The translations under genes and the position numbers were made by a program. A stretch of 64,000 nucleotides of DNA, taken from Octopus sinensis. Lineage: Eukaryota. The stretch is from the NCBI RefSeq assembly GCF_006345805.1, contig NC_042997.1, positions 80,848,001-80,912,000 of the forward strand. Direction: 5' to 3'. The notes beneath the pieces were generated by a model. That model was not told the DNA's origin, made no database searches, and worked only from the letters and a program-made list of their open reading frames with translations. Numbering within the stretch: position 1 is the stretch's first letter; every line of letters begins with the position of its first letter. Below, one piece after another: positions 39,002 to 51,082 of this stretch.

Positions 39002-39165
39002 TTTACTTGTTTATTATTATTCTTATTTTATGTCCATAGTCTAGAAATCTTTTGTCATACACCTGAGACCTCTTCAGGATGGAGGGTTGCTGATGAGATC
39101 ATAGGTGTGTGATGAAAAATTTTCAGATTATGGACATAAAATAAGAACAATAATAAACAAGTGAA
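39002..39165. ncRNA. Back-to-back inverted pair of truncated hammerhead cores (HHR-6)
   Basis: 39002-39077 is the reverse complement of 39090-39165. Cores are CTGAAGA (minus) and CTGATGA (plus), with ...tgac AAAA versus ...tgat GAAA. Confidence 0.5.
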
Positions 39166-39294
39166 GAATGGATATATAGTGTGTTGAAATGGCAAGTAAA
39201 AAAGATGACCATCCCGAAATATAACAATATCTCTTTCAACACACAATTTGATATAAGGAATCTTGCTAAACAAATACATAAACATTTTATATTG

Positions 39295-41072
39295 GAAGGA
39301 CTGGAAGAACGGTGGTAGCAGGGAAGTGTATCAGACTGCAAGAAGGGAAGCTAGGAGGCAGGTGTATTTAGCCAGAGGGAAAGCAGATAAGAAAAATTTG
39401 CCAATGTCCTGCGCCGTGGGGATGAAAGACTTGAGGTATTTTGTATAGCAAGACAGTGTGTGAGAGAGAATCGTGACGTGGTAGGAGAAAAATGTGTTCG
39501 CACAGATGACGGCTCACTTGCGTTAAATGAGGATGCAAAGAGAGAGGTTTGGAGACGCCACTATGAAAGGTTGCTGAATGAGGAAAATGAATGGGATAAA
39601 GAGAGTCTGCCGAATGTTGACCCAACAGAGGGACCAGCAATCCGAGTTGACAGTTCCGTAGTAGTTAAGGCAATTACAAGCATGAAAACAGGGAAAGCCC
39701 CAGGCCCATCAGGAATTACTGCAGAGATGCTCAAAATATCTGGTAGTGTCGGCTATAGCCTAGTCACCCGTATAGTTAACCAGGTGATACACGAAGGAGT
39801 CATACCCAATGACTGGTGTAGCAGCATAATAGTCAACTGCTACAAAGGTAAAGGTGACACCCTAGATACAAATAACTACAGGGGTATCAAGCTGCTGGAT
39901 CAGGTAATGAAGGTTACGGAGAGGGTTATAGCCCAACTAATTAGAGAGAGAATTAGCTTAGACCAGATGCAGTTTGGGTTCGTGCCAGGGAAAAGTACTA
40001 TTGATGCTATCTTCCTGGTAAGACAGCTGCAGGAGAAATACCTAGCCAAAGACAAGCCCCTGTACCTGACTTTTGTTGACATGGAGAAAGCCTTCAACAG
40101 GGTCCCCCAATCCCTCATCTGGTGGTCAATGAGGAAACTAGGGATAGATGAATGGTTAGTGAGAGCTGTACAAGCCATGTACAGAGACGCTGCTAGTAAG
40201 GTGAGGGTTGGCATCGAGTACAGTGAAGAATTCAGGGTAGAGGTTGGGGTCCACCAAGGTTCAGTTCTTAGTCCCCTCCTATTTATCATAGTCCTCCAGG
40301 CAATAACGGAGGAATTCAAGACAGGATGCCCCTAGGAGCTCCTCTATGCTGATGACCTTGCTCTAATTGCTGAGTCTCTATCAGAACTGGAGGAGAAGTT
40401 TCAGGTGTGGAAGCAAGGTTTAGAATCGAAGGGCCTTAGGATCAACCTAGCCAAAACCAAAGTCCTAATAAGTAGGAAGGTAGACCAATCACAAACGCCT
40501 TCAGGTAGATGGCCTTGCTCGATCTGTAGAAAAGGCGTAGGTAGAAACTTTATAAGATGCACCAAATGTAAACTATGGACACATAAGAGATGTAGTAATG
40601 TCAAAGGAAGACTAACTAGGAAAATAGTTTTTATCTGTGGCAGATGCTCAGGAGCAATAAACTCTGAAAATATGCAGAGACCAACTTCTATCACGTTCCA
40701 GGGAGAAAAACTAGAAGTAGTTGATAGCTTCCGCTACCTAGGTGACCAAGTCAGTAGCGGGGGCGGGTGTGCTGAAAGTGTAACTGCTAGAGTAAGAATA
40801 GCCCGGGCAAAGTTTAGAGAGCTCTTACACCTGCTGGTGACAAAAGGCCTCTCGCTCAAAGTAAAAGGCAGACTGTATGGTGCATGTGTATGTACAGCCA
40901 TGCTACATGGCAGTGAAACTTGGGCTGTGACTGCTGAGGATTTGCGTAAGCTCGCAAGAAATTAAGCTAGTATGCTTCGATGGATGTGTAATGTCAGTGT
41001 TCATAATCAACAGAGTGTAAGTACCTTGAGAGAAAAGTTGGACCTAAGAAGCATCAGTTGTTGTGTGCAAAC
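39295..41072 (+). mobile_element. RTE-type LINE, 5'-truncated; RT with a PHD-like finger insertion; in-frame stops at 40333-40335 and 40963-40965
   Basis: KAPGPSG, NYRGIKLL, QFGFVPGKST, FVDMEKAFNRV, GVHQGSVLSPLLF, ELLYADD, FRYLGD, LHGSETW. Confidence 0.92.
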
Positions 41073-41737
41073 CAAATCAAATCAGATATCAGAAAGCAGA
41101 ACCAAAATTGAGGTCGATCAACATCAGTGGAAATTGCAGCTGTGGTTAAGCGAACCATCCGATTGTGGTCGTTGCCGGCGCCACCCCGTCTGGCCTCCAT
41201 GCCGGTGGGACGTAAAAGCACCATCCATTCGTGTCCGCTGCTAGCCTCGCCTGGCTCCCGTGCTGGTGGCACGTAAAAGCACCATCTGTTCGTGGCCGTT
41301 GTCAGCCTCGCCTGGCCCCGTGCCGGTGGCATGTAAAAGCACCATCTGCTCGTGTCCGTTGCCAGCCTCGCGTGGCCCCCGTGCTGGTGGCACTATCCGT
41401 TCGTGGCCGTTTGCCAGCTCCGTCTGGCACCTGTGCGGGTGGCACGTAAAAAGCACCCACTACACTCACGGAGTGGTTGGCGTTAGGAAGGGCATCCAGC
41501 CGTAGAAACACTGCCAGATCTGACTGGGCCTGATGCAGCCTTCCGGCTTCACAGACCCCAGTTGAACCGTCCAACCCATGCTAGCATGGAAAGCAGACGC
41601 TAAATGATGATGATGATGATGATGATGATGATATATAACTAGCATTAAAGACCCGTTGTTGCTGGGTCATAGTGCTAGTGCATGTATATATGTGTATATA
41701 TATGTGTACATATTACATGTACATCTATATATATATA

Positions 41738-42374
41738 CTAGCAGTATCGCCCGGCGTTGCTCGGGTTTGTAAGGGAAATAACTATATAAGCATTTTTAGA
41801 GAGTTATAGCCAAAAAATAGCAAAAAATGCATTAAAAATGGAAAAAATATGATGGTAAATTTTTTTTTAAATCGTTGACTCATCGTAGACATTTTTAGAG
41901 AGTTACTTCACTTATATAATAGCGAAAAAATGCGTTAAAATGGAAAAAAAACGATGGTAAATTTTTTTTTAAATCGTAGACTCATGTAGACGCTTTCTTA
42001 GCCATTTCTGTTTTGGTGTCTTCAAGCCATGAAGTCGTTGTTCTAAAAGAACGCTGGTCTCCTTGACAACGCATTACGACGTTGATTTCCTTAAACTCCC
42101 TTCCCCACAGGTGCAGGTGTGAGCGTGGACGCCAACTCCGCCGCCATCGACACACGAAAAATTATGCATTAAGATGGAATAAAAAATGATGTTAAATTAT
42201 TTTTAAAATCGTAGACTCATCGTAGACACGCGCTAATACTCAGACGGGCTCGATATGAATCACGACTATAAGCTACCCGAATTTGGTTAAACTGCACCGC
42301 AAAATGTGGGAGTAGTTAGGAATCTAAATCGAAGGGGACAGACACTCACACAACTACTGTTTTATATATATAGA
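41738..42374 (-). mobile_element. Non-autonomous Helitron (637 bp)
   Basis: Minus strand A|TCTATATATATAAAA start; 3' hairpin cccgagcaacgccggg followed by CTAG|T; internal ~70-100-bp direct repeats. Confidence 0.85.
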
Positions 42375-42399
42375 TATACATAGCGCAGTAGTGGTGAGA

Positions 42400-42905
42400 T
42401 GTGACAGCAAAGAAAAGCATACATTCACTCTCTGCATGCAATTAGACTCGGAAAGTTCGTGAGGAACCCATTGACCCAATTTGCTGACTTTTCCGATAGC
42501 ACACAGGTGTCAATGAATGGTTGAATGACCAAATCCAAGCTTCTCTGCTAGTTTCTCAACAGTTACGATGAGATTTTGTTCCACCAGGGTTTTCAGGATG
42601 TCCTTGTCGAGTTCTACAGATCTTTCAGGATGAGGCTCGTCTTCTAGGCTGTAGTTTATGGCTCGGAATTTCTGGAACCACCATTGACACTGCCTTACGC
42701 TTATTGTCCAATCCCCATATACTGCATTAATATTTCTTGTACTTTCCGTTGCGTTGTTGTCTTTATTGAACTCATAAAGCAAAATATGCCAAATATGCTC
42801 CTTTGTTACTTCCAACATAGCTTTGAAAAAAATAGCTGTTAAAATCGAAATGCACTCTTCAAAACTTGCACTATGAATAAGGACAAGATAAAATTACTAC
42901 CTGCT
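42400..42905 (-). mobile_element. Mariner transposase N-terminal remnant
   Basis: 42510-42818: KEHIWHILLYEFNK..ATESTRNINAVYGD..VRQCQWWFQKFR..SLEDEP (paired HTH region). Confidence 0.85.
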
Positions 42906-43031
42906 TTTATAGCAAGTTAATATAAGTAGTTTATCCCATTCCCCTCTGACTTTTAGTTCAAGCTGTTGAAAAAACCGCATTATTATATATATACATACAT
43001 ACATACATACATACATACATACATACATACA

Positions 43032-43063
<32 letters not shown>

Positions 43064-43154
43064 CACACACACTCTCTCTCTCACACACATGCTCACATTT
43101 ATATTCTGTTATTCTTTTATATGTTTCAGCCTTGAGGTTGTGGCCATGCTGGAT

Positions 43155-43185
<31 letters not shown>

Positions 43186-44267
43186 CTATCTGTCTGTCTG
43201 TCTGTATGTATATATGTATATGTATGTGTGTGAACAATAATATTTTCAACAGATGTGTTGCAAATGTATCTGATTGTTCTCAAGCTTCAATACTGTGTGT
43301 GTGTGTATGTGTGTGTGTGTGTGTGTATGTATGTATATGTATGTATGTATGTATATGTATGTATGTATGTGTGTATGTATGTATGTGTGTGTGTATGTAT
43401 GTATGTGTGTGTATGTGTGTGTGTGTATGTATGTATGTATGTATGTATGTATGAGTGTATGTTTACTTTATTACTAACACAAGCCACTACGGTTATTTAA
43501 TGTAAAGTCTTCCTCAAATCACTCTCTCTCGCTATTTACTCTCTTCCAAGAACATTTTCACTCACTCTTATGTCTTAGCTTCCCATACATTTTACTCATG
43601 TATCTATCAGCGTCATAGACAGAAACAAATATTACATCGCCATCGTCACCGCATTCTATTGTCTACCTGTCAACACACTGAATTACTTTCACTTTATTCG
43701 TAGCACACTGTGTGTGTGCGTTTGCGTGTGCTGTAAACCAGACTAAGAAAAGCATTTGACATACACACCAGAATGTGAGTTTTCTGTAAATTTTGCTTAA
43801 TTGGAGTTTAAATTTTAAAAACTGGACCTGGCATGACCCGATGCATTCTACTCTTAAAAATGCTAGGTAAATTGTAATTGAAGAAATCCTATATTGTAGA
43901 TTTCTATAAGATACAAAGGGAGGCAGATAAAATCTGCCTTTTATAATAAGAGATACATCTACACATAAGATGCAAAATACAAAGTTATATCTTGATATCG
44001 CTAGTGATAACAATACTCAAAATATATAACAGACTGGAATTGTTAGCTCTTATTTCTTTATTCACCATACGGTTATACATATAAAGATAGAACATCACGA
44101 ATGATTTTACATGAATATGCGTTGGGGTCTAATAAAAATTTACAAATGATTATATAATTCGGATGATAGGACACTTTTTACACAAACAATTTCACAGATG
44201 GAGTGGGGCGGGCTTACGGACCCCACGAACCCCGACACGACACTGACCTTAGGTTTTTTTTTCCGGC

Positions 44268-47200
44268 TTACCTCGCATTCATGAGGGTCCTTTTACTCAC
44301 AACATTCTTCCATCTTTCATCGAACACTTTCTTACTTAGGCCCCTCTTCTCTAGTTCTATTTGTCTTTTTAGGTGGAATTTAAAATATTCCACCAGACTA
44401 GAACCAGAGATGAAGTTGCCTGCTATCACCCCTTTCATCCTCGTCTTCCATACTGCCTGTTTCGCAATTGAAACCACAGAGAGAAAACAATTCTTACCTT
44501 CTTTCGTTAAGAAATCCGGTGGGTCAATTTTTACAATGGATTCAGTCGATAGCTGTACTCTTCCTCCACTTGACAACAGTTGTTCGGCAAAAACCCACAT
44601 GTCTGTCACCTCCGAGCACTGCACGACCGCGTGCGAGACGGTTTCCCTGTCTCGCCCACACCTCGGACAGGTCGGGCTGACTTGGCCACCGTGCCTTGCG
44701 AGTTTATCCCGAACAGGTAAGGCTCCTCGGTAACACTGCCAAGCCAAGGACTTCTGAAAATTATCCAGGGTCCTCGGCCCAAATGTACGTTGGAACAGAC
44801 TGGCCAGCTGATTATCGTCGAAACCTAGGGTTTCCCCTAACGTATCATCGCAACCGGCCTCTACAAACCCTCTATAGAAAACAGCGGTAGAACCACTGCC
44901 GCAAGCATTGCCCGAGCGACGGAATAGTCGGAGTGCCTTGCGACACTTCGTATACCATGTATCCAACTTCGATCTGCGATTATACCAGGCTTCCCGTCCA
45001 CCAAAACTGGTGAACTTGGGAAACATCTGTTTCGCCAACGGAGACCACACCCGTTCACCATCCAGATGGAGCCACAGATGCCTTAACCTCAGCGCATTTC
45101 TGCGCATCATTAGCCACGGCATCCCTAGTCCACCCTTTAACGGTTTTTGACAACAAACAGAGCGTCTCACAAGTGGTTTCGAGCTCTTCCACAAAAAGTG
45201 AAAGAGCTGTCTTTCCAACTTGGTCAACCACGAATCCGGGCAAGGCACGACGGTAAGACGGTAGGTGATCACCGATGCGATAAACAACCTCCGCCCTACC
45301 TTTCAGGGATAACCACCGCCAAGACCAGGTCTTGGCTACTGCAGCCACCCTGCTCGATACCTCGCTCCAGTTCTTCTCTATTTGGAGGTCTGGTCCAAAC
45401 CAAACCCCGAGCAACTTAATCGGACCCTCCGTCCAACGTCCCACGGCGCTGTCTGAAGGCATCGACTTGCCTCTCCAGGTGCCGAGTTGCAAGCCGACTA
45501 ACTTTTCGCGATTAACTTTTGCTCCTGTCACCGTCTCGTAAACCTCTATGGCCTTGCCTACTTTACGTAGGAGGTCCACTTCAGTCACGATGATAGTGAT
45601 CTCATCCGCGTACGCCGAAACCGACATTCCACGACCTGGCTGCCCCGGGATGCCACTCAGTTTTCGCAGCAGCGGCTCGAGAGCCACTACATACAAAAGC
45701 GGGGAGAGTGGGCATCCTTGACGAACCGAGCATTTGACTCTGAACGTCTTAGAAATAAAGCCGTTCACCCGAACTACCGAGTCGACGTTATCGTACATTT
45801 CGATGATCCACCTGAGGAAGCCAAGACCCAGGCCGAACTGAGCCAGAACAGACACCAGGTAATGATGGTCGACGCTATCGAAAGCTTTTGATTGGTCTAA
45901 ATGGACCACTGCCCCTCCCTTGCCGGGATCGCTATTAATTCCCTCTATAGTGTATCTGATTAGATGGAGATTATCCTGAATGGACCTGCCAGGTACGGCA
46001 CACGTTTGTGCCTTCCCTATTAGTCCATCCGCGACACGCGCCAATCTGTTTGATAACACTTTTGGCCAAAATCTTCAGCTCTGCATTAAGCAGAGTGATG
46101 GGCCTGAAATTATCAATGACATCCCCTTTGTCCGGGTCCTTCCTGATTAGTGTCACCACTCCCCGGCGCACAGATCTGGGAATAAACCCATTCTGCTGCC
46201 AGTTCGCGTAGACGTTCGCCGGTAAGTCCCCGAACAAGTCCGGCATACTTTTATAAAGCTCGTAGGGTAGACCATCCAGTCCTGGCGCCTTACCCGCGCC
46301 GCAGTCAGCCATGGCCTCTATTACTTCCCCAGGCGTGATCGGCTCCTCACTACACTTCACGTCCTGCTCCGAGAGGCGCGGCAGCCCGTCGAGGAGGTCC
46401 GTTAGGCCCCTCCTCCTATCCGGTCCACCGCTCCCCCCAAAGAGCTGGGCGAAGTGGTCCTGAAAAGCTTCACACATCTCCTCGGGCTCGTCTATCAACT
46501 TACCTTGTTGGTTCGTCAAAGATCGAATTGTGGCATCGTTTCCACGTTGGGCTTCCACCACTCGGGCCCATCTCGCGGCATTAATTCCTTCGCTCCCCAT
46601 TGCACGTTGTCTAGCCCTGACAATGCAACCCATGTGTTTGGCTTCGAGGTGCTGGTTTAAAACCAGTCTCTTGACCTTCACCTGGGCTGCTGTGCCAGTT
46701 CGCATTGCTTCCTCTAAGTCCTTAACTAGTGCTGATTCCCTTCTAGCCTCTCTAGCTACTAGATCTATACTATATCTAATGGACTCATATCTGATGGCTC
46801 GCTTGAGGGCATACCACCATTTGTTGTTAATTATGGTTCCGGTTAAAGCCCTCTGAATCATTAACCTTATCCTGTCACTGTACTCCTTAATCGCCAAAAG
46901 GGACGTATTAAGTTTCCAGTAACCAGGACCTCTATTCGTCTTATCTATGTCTAGCCTACAGGTGACCATCTTGTGGTCACTGTAGCTGACCATGTGGAGC
47001 TGTGGACTCCTAGCTAGTTTCTTATCTACTTTTCTAATTAATATCCTGTCTATGTACGACTTGATAGATCCGTCGCTGTTTGACCATGTCCACAGTGGAG
47101 CGTTCGGATGTTCCAGTCTATATGGATCTACCAGCTCGAAACGTCTTAGTAGATCCTGGAAGCAAGCATTTCCTTTCCTATCTGTTCGCGAGCCCTCACA

Positions 47201-47659
47201 GTCTACCCGCACATCGTAGACTGTGTTGAAGTCTCCTAAAACAACTAAAAGATGCGATGTACTCAGAAACTTTCCAAGGTTCCGAAAATAATCACTTTGT
47301 TCCCCTTGACTGTGGGGTGCGTAAACCGCAACCAGCCTGATTGTCTTACGACTACTGAACGTCAAATCAACGACGACCAGTCTACCTTCTGGATCTGAAA
47401 AAATCAACTTTTTCTCAGAAACCCGGTTCTTTTTACACAGGACCAACACCCCGCTTCCGCCGGACAGACGGCTCGGAGAGATAATTCTCTCGTAACCGCC
47501 GAACAGCGGGAGCGGATCTCTTGGCCCCTTTAACCAGGTTTCTGTGGCAACAACAACATCTAAATCCCGTGACCTGATGTCATTTAGGAGGCGCCCTTGC
47601 TTGCAGTTCGTCACCAGGCCACGCACATTTATGCACCCTACATGAATACGAGCCATCAC
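44268..47659 (-). pseudogene. Tx1-like ORF2: APE endonuclease, RT and C-terminal CCHC; two frameshifts (~46060, ~45290)
   Basis: INVRGL, ATETW, VAVYAP, GDFN, YIDRIL, YSDHKMV, GPGYWKLN (Tx1/L1-typical); APGLDGLP, NFRPITLLN, LDQSKAFDSVDH, SVRQGCPLSPLLY, AYADE; CPRCGRDRETVSHAVVQC. Confidence 0.92.
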
Positions 47660-47666
47660 CTACCTT

Positions 47667-48859
47667 TTAGTTGGTTTTCCTTTTTTCCGTTTGTCGTGGG
47701 GGGAAGTCCGCATTATACAACGACTCGTGCAAGTCGAGACGCGGACCTCTGATGTCTTTTGGGTATTCCTCATGTATAATGTTGTAATTTAACCTGTCGA
47801 TCTTACACACTTCTACATTTTTGGGCAATACCCTGTAAGTTTGAATTTTTTCTGCTGTTGGGGCTTCATTAATAAGTTTCACCAACCTATCGTTATCTTT
47901 GTTTATTGAGATGTACACCATCTCTAAACCTTCCATTTTTTTCTTTGGGCTTTGTGGGGGTGATGGGGGGACGGCGGGGAGTAGTTTATTTCATCGCTGA
48001 AATTGATATTTTCTGCGACCTCCTCCAATGTCTCTGAGGCCGCCTGTACTGTCACTTGAAGAGTTTGACCTCTCCAGTTTTCCATCCTGATCTTTGTTAT
48101 CGCTATAACACTTATTTTTTCTTCCAGCCCTATTAGTAAGGCTTGAAGCAACCACTTTACCTCGATTTCTGGAGGTATGTCCTCGATTCTTATTTTGGCG
48201 GACCTCCGCCCCAAATAGGAAGGCAAGAGAACAATATCACTCGCCTTAATTGGGGTTAGCGAGTGCTTTCTTGCCATTTGCTCGCTCTTAAAATATACCA
48301 TTATTGTGGCGTACTTTTTGCCCCATGTCACAAAGTCTATGTCTTGCCATATTGGTTGCAGGCACTTCTCTGCCTGTTCTTTTGTTACTCTTTCGATTTT
48401 TTTCTCTTTTATTACAAATGATTTGTAAATCACTATCCTTCTTTGTGTTTCATTTTTAATTTCTTCTGGGAGGGTGGCTTTTATATTATTCCCCTCCCTT
48501 ACAAACATATTTTTGCATTTTTCATATTCTATGTCCTCCATTTTAATCTCTTCCGTCTTCCGTCCAGCGGCGGCTGCGAAGTTGTATGTTTTAGCTTGTT
48601 TTCCTTTCGAAGGCGAACCTTCAATAATTTTAGCTGCAGACACAGCTACACTTGAAGGCGAACCTTCGATAACTTTAGCTGCAGACACAGCTACACTTGA
48701 AGGCGAACCTTCGATGACTTTAACTGCAGGAAAGCCTGCTTCACTTGAAAGCGAACCTTCCTCACTTGAAGCGGACAGTGTTTCCACATCAAACAACATT
48801 TTTTTTGACATCATGTCTTTTTTGTTCATTTTTTCAAATGTATTGTTCATTTTTTTCAC
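47667..48859 (-). pseudogene. ORF1 of the Tx1-like LINE (48859-47924 plus 47936-47667; probable deletion or frameshift where the knuckle is expected)
   Basis: LLPSYLGRRSAKIRIEDIPPEI is homologous to the Gag-only units; it ends a few nt before the ORF2 start; 45-bp coding tandem repeat at ~48609-48750. Confidence 0.75.
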
Positions 48860-48879
48860 AAATGTAAAGTTATGATTTT

Positions 48880-48935
48880 GATTTTGATTTTTCCAGTTTC
48901 AGCTAATGAGCTGTGGCCATGCTGGGGCACCGCCA
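48880..48935 (-). mobile_element. Isolated CR1/SINE 3' tail inserted in the LINE 5' UTR
   Basis: ggcggtgccccagcatggccacagctcattagctgaaac. Confidence 0.7.
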
Positions 48936-49140
48936 TTATATATATTTTTTGTTTTTGTATGTAACGTGTAGCACTTTTCCCCTCCTTACGGAGGGGAATA
49001 ACAATATTTTTTGTTATTACACCAGACGTTCAAAGTTCAAACAAAACAATAATTTCTTTAACAAACGCTAAACAGTTACTTACAAATTACTGAAAATAAC
49101 ACGCTTCAAATACGGGAAAAATCAGACATCAATTAAATGG

Positions 49141-51082
49141 AATTGTTTTATTCCTACCCACAAGGGGCCAACATAGAGGGGACAATACAATCGGGAAAAA
49201 TAAAATAATGAATTATGAAGTTTGTACAATGTGGTGTAATGCCCACTCGATCCCCGAAATCGAGCGGTTACATTTCGTCATTTTTTTTTTACGTCAACAA
49301 TATTTTCCAAATAAAAACATTTTACACATTTTCAACATACATTTCAAAAATTTTACAAAGTTCAACATTTTTTTTTTCAGAATTTAAAGTTCTTTGAATC
49401 ATTTCCACATTAAAATTTTCACAATACCTTTTCTTTTATATATACTCCATTATCTCTACCAAATCTTGGTAGATTTCCATCGTTCGTGGCCACCTTGTAA
49501 GTCGGCATTTCATATGTTTTGACACGTTCTTGCCAGCTGCCTCGATGAACGCCTCAGCGTCGTTCTCGTGGACGAGTGCACCTGTTTCTTTCCATTCGGT
49601 GCCCATCTTGACCCACGTATATCCATTTGTTACGTTTATTAAATCTTCCATCCCCTCACAGTGCCTGTGATGGATCAACGTTCCATAGTATTTGAATTTT
49701 CTATTCGTACCTGCATTTTCTCTAGTTTTTCTCTTAGGACTTACTTCCTCTTTTTTCTCCTCTCTCGGTTTCTCTCTTTCTCTCTTTTTGCTTTCTCTTC
49801 TTTCTTTTTCCTTCTCTTGTTTTTTTTGCTCTTTGTCTGTCGTCTCTCTACCCTGTGCCTTATGCTCCTTTCCTGTTGTTTCTTTTCCTTTTTGCATACC
49901 ATCTTTTCCTTTCTCTTGGTTCTGTTCCTTCTCTTGTTCTTTTCCTGTTTTTTCTCTTTCCTTTAATGTACTTTCCTTTTCTTTCTCTTGCTTCTGCCTT
50001 GGCTCCTTCTCCACTACTTCTGCACCCTGTGAATTTTGCTCCTTTTCTACTATCTTCTTCCCTTTGTTTTCATTTTCCTTCAGTGCGCTGTTACTTCCCT
50101 TCTATTGTTGTTTCTCCGTTATTTCCTTTTCCTCGTTTTCGCTGTTCTTTCCTTCGTATTCTTTTTCCTTCTCTTTTTTGTTCTCTCCACTTTGTGTCTC
50201 TTTTTGCTCCGCTGTGAATTCATACAGCGGACATTCCTTTTTTATGTGCCCTCTTGACCCGCACAAGTAGCAATTCGGTTTTCTCCCCTCCACTATTACA
50301 CTAATTGTTTTCTCGTTTTCTATTTCTATTTGGAAGGGAAACCTTTCGATATCTTCCATTGTGGCCATCAGCCACAACTCTACTCCGAATCCCTTCCAAT
50401 TTACAACGTTGGTCTCCTTGATTGACCCTATTTCTACTTCCTCCTTTGCTGACCCTAGAATGGCTGTTACCAGCATTTCTGTTTTTATTTCTGGGGGCAC
50501 CTTTGGGACTCTTACCCGTACCTCTCGTCTTCCTTTATACGTCGGCCACATAGTGAAATTTTCGGCTTTCAGAACAGTGGAAGCTAATGAGGCCGCCACT
50601 TCCTTTGTTGCGCATCTCACCTCCACCGTATCATATTTCTTTCTTCTGTCAACAAAAGTCGCTTTTTTCATGATGTCCCCCAGACATTTCTCTATTTCTT
50701 CAATCGTCACTCTCACCAGTTTTCTCGTGTTCCTATCTTGCGTTCTATACGTTATCGTCTTGTTATTTCTCTCCTCTATTGTTTCAACAGGCGGGACCAG
50801 CTTCACGCTGTCACCCTCCCTTTTGACGAACTTCTCGTATTCCTTCAATTGTTCTTTTCTAAAGAACACTTCTCTTATTCTAAGAGACTCATCACTTTTT
50901 GTTGTGGCGACCCCCGCGTAAGTCTCCATGACTAGAGGGTCGACACACCTTCTATAAAAGGTTCAAACACGCAGCGGCAGACGCCTCGCGCGATTCAATT
51001 TTTGACAATTTTTTAACAGTTTTTTTCTCAAATTTTTCACATACAAAATAACTAACCAACACACTCAATGAAGACTGGCATT
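49141..51082 (-). mobile_element. ORF1/Gag-only unit A (~1.94 kb)
   Basis: ATG at 50929; CCHC knuckle CYLCGSRGHIKKEC at 50231-50272; one in-frame TAG at 50102-50104; the same frame continues to the stop at 49436; AT-rich 3' UTR with AATAAA; no endonuclease or RT. Confidence 0.85.

Larger units (their letters stand above)
44052..49140 (-). mobile_element. Tx1-like (L1 group) LINE with ORF1 and ORF2, near full length and frameshifted
   Basis: ORF2 in three pieces plus ORF1 in two pieces; AATAAA and an A-rich 3' end at ~44052-44062; CpG-rich and young-looking. Confidence 0.9.
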
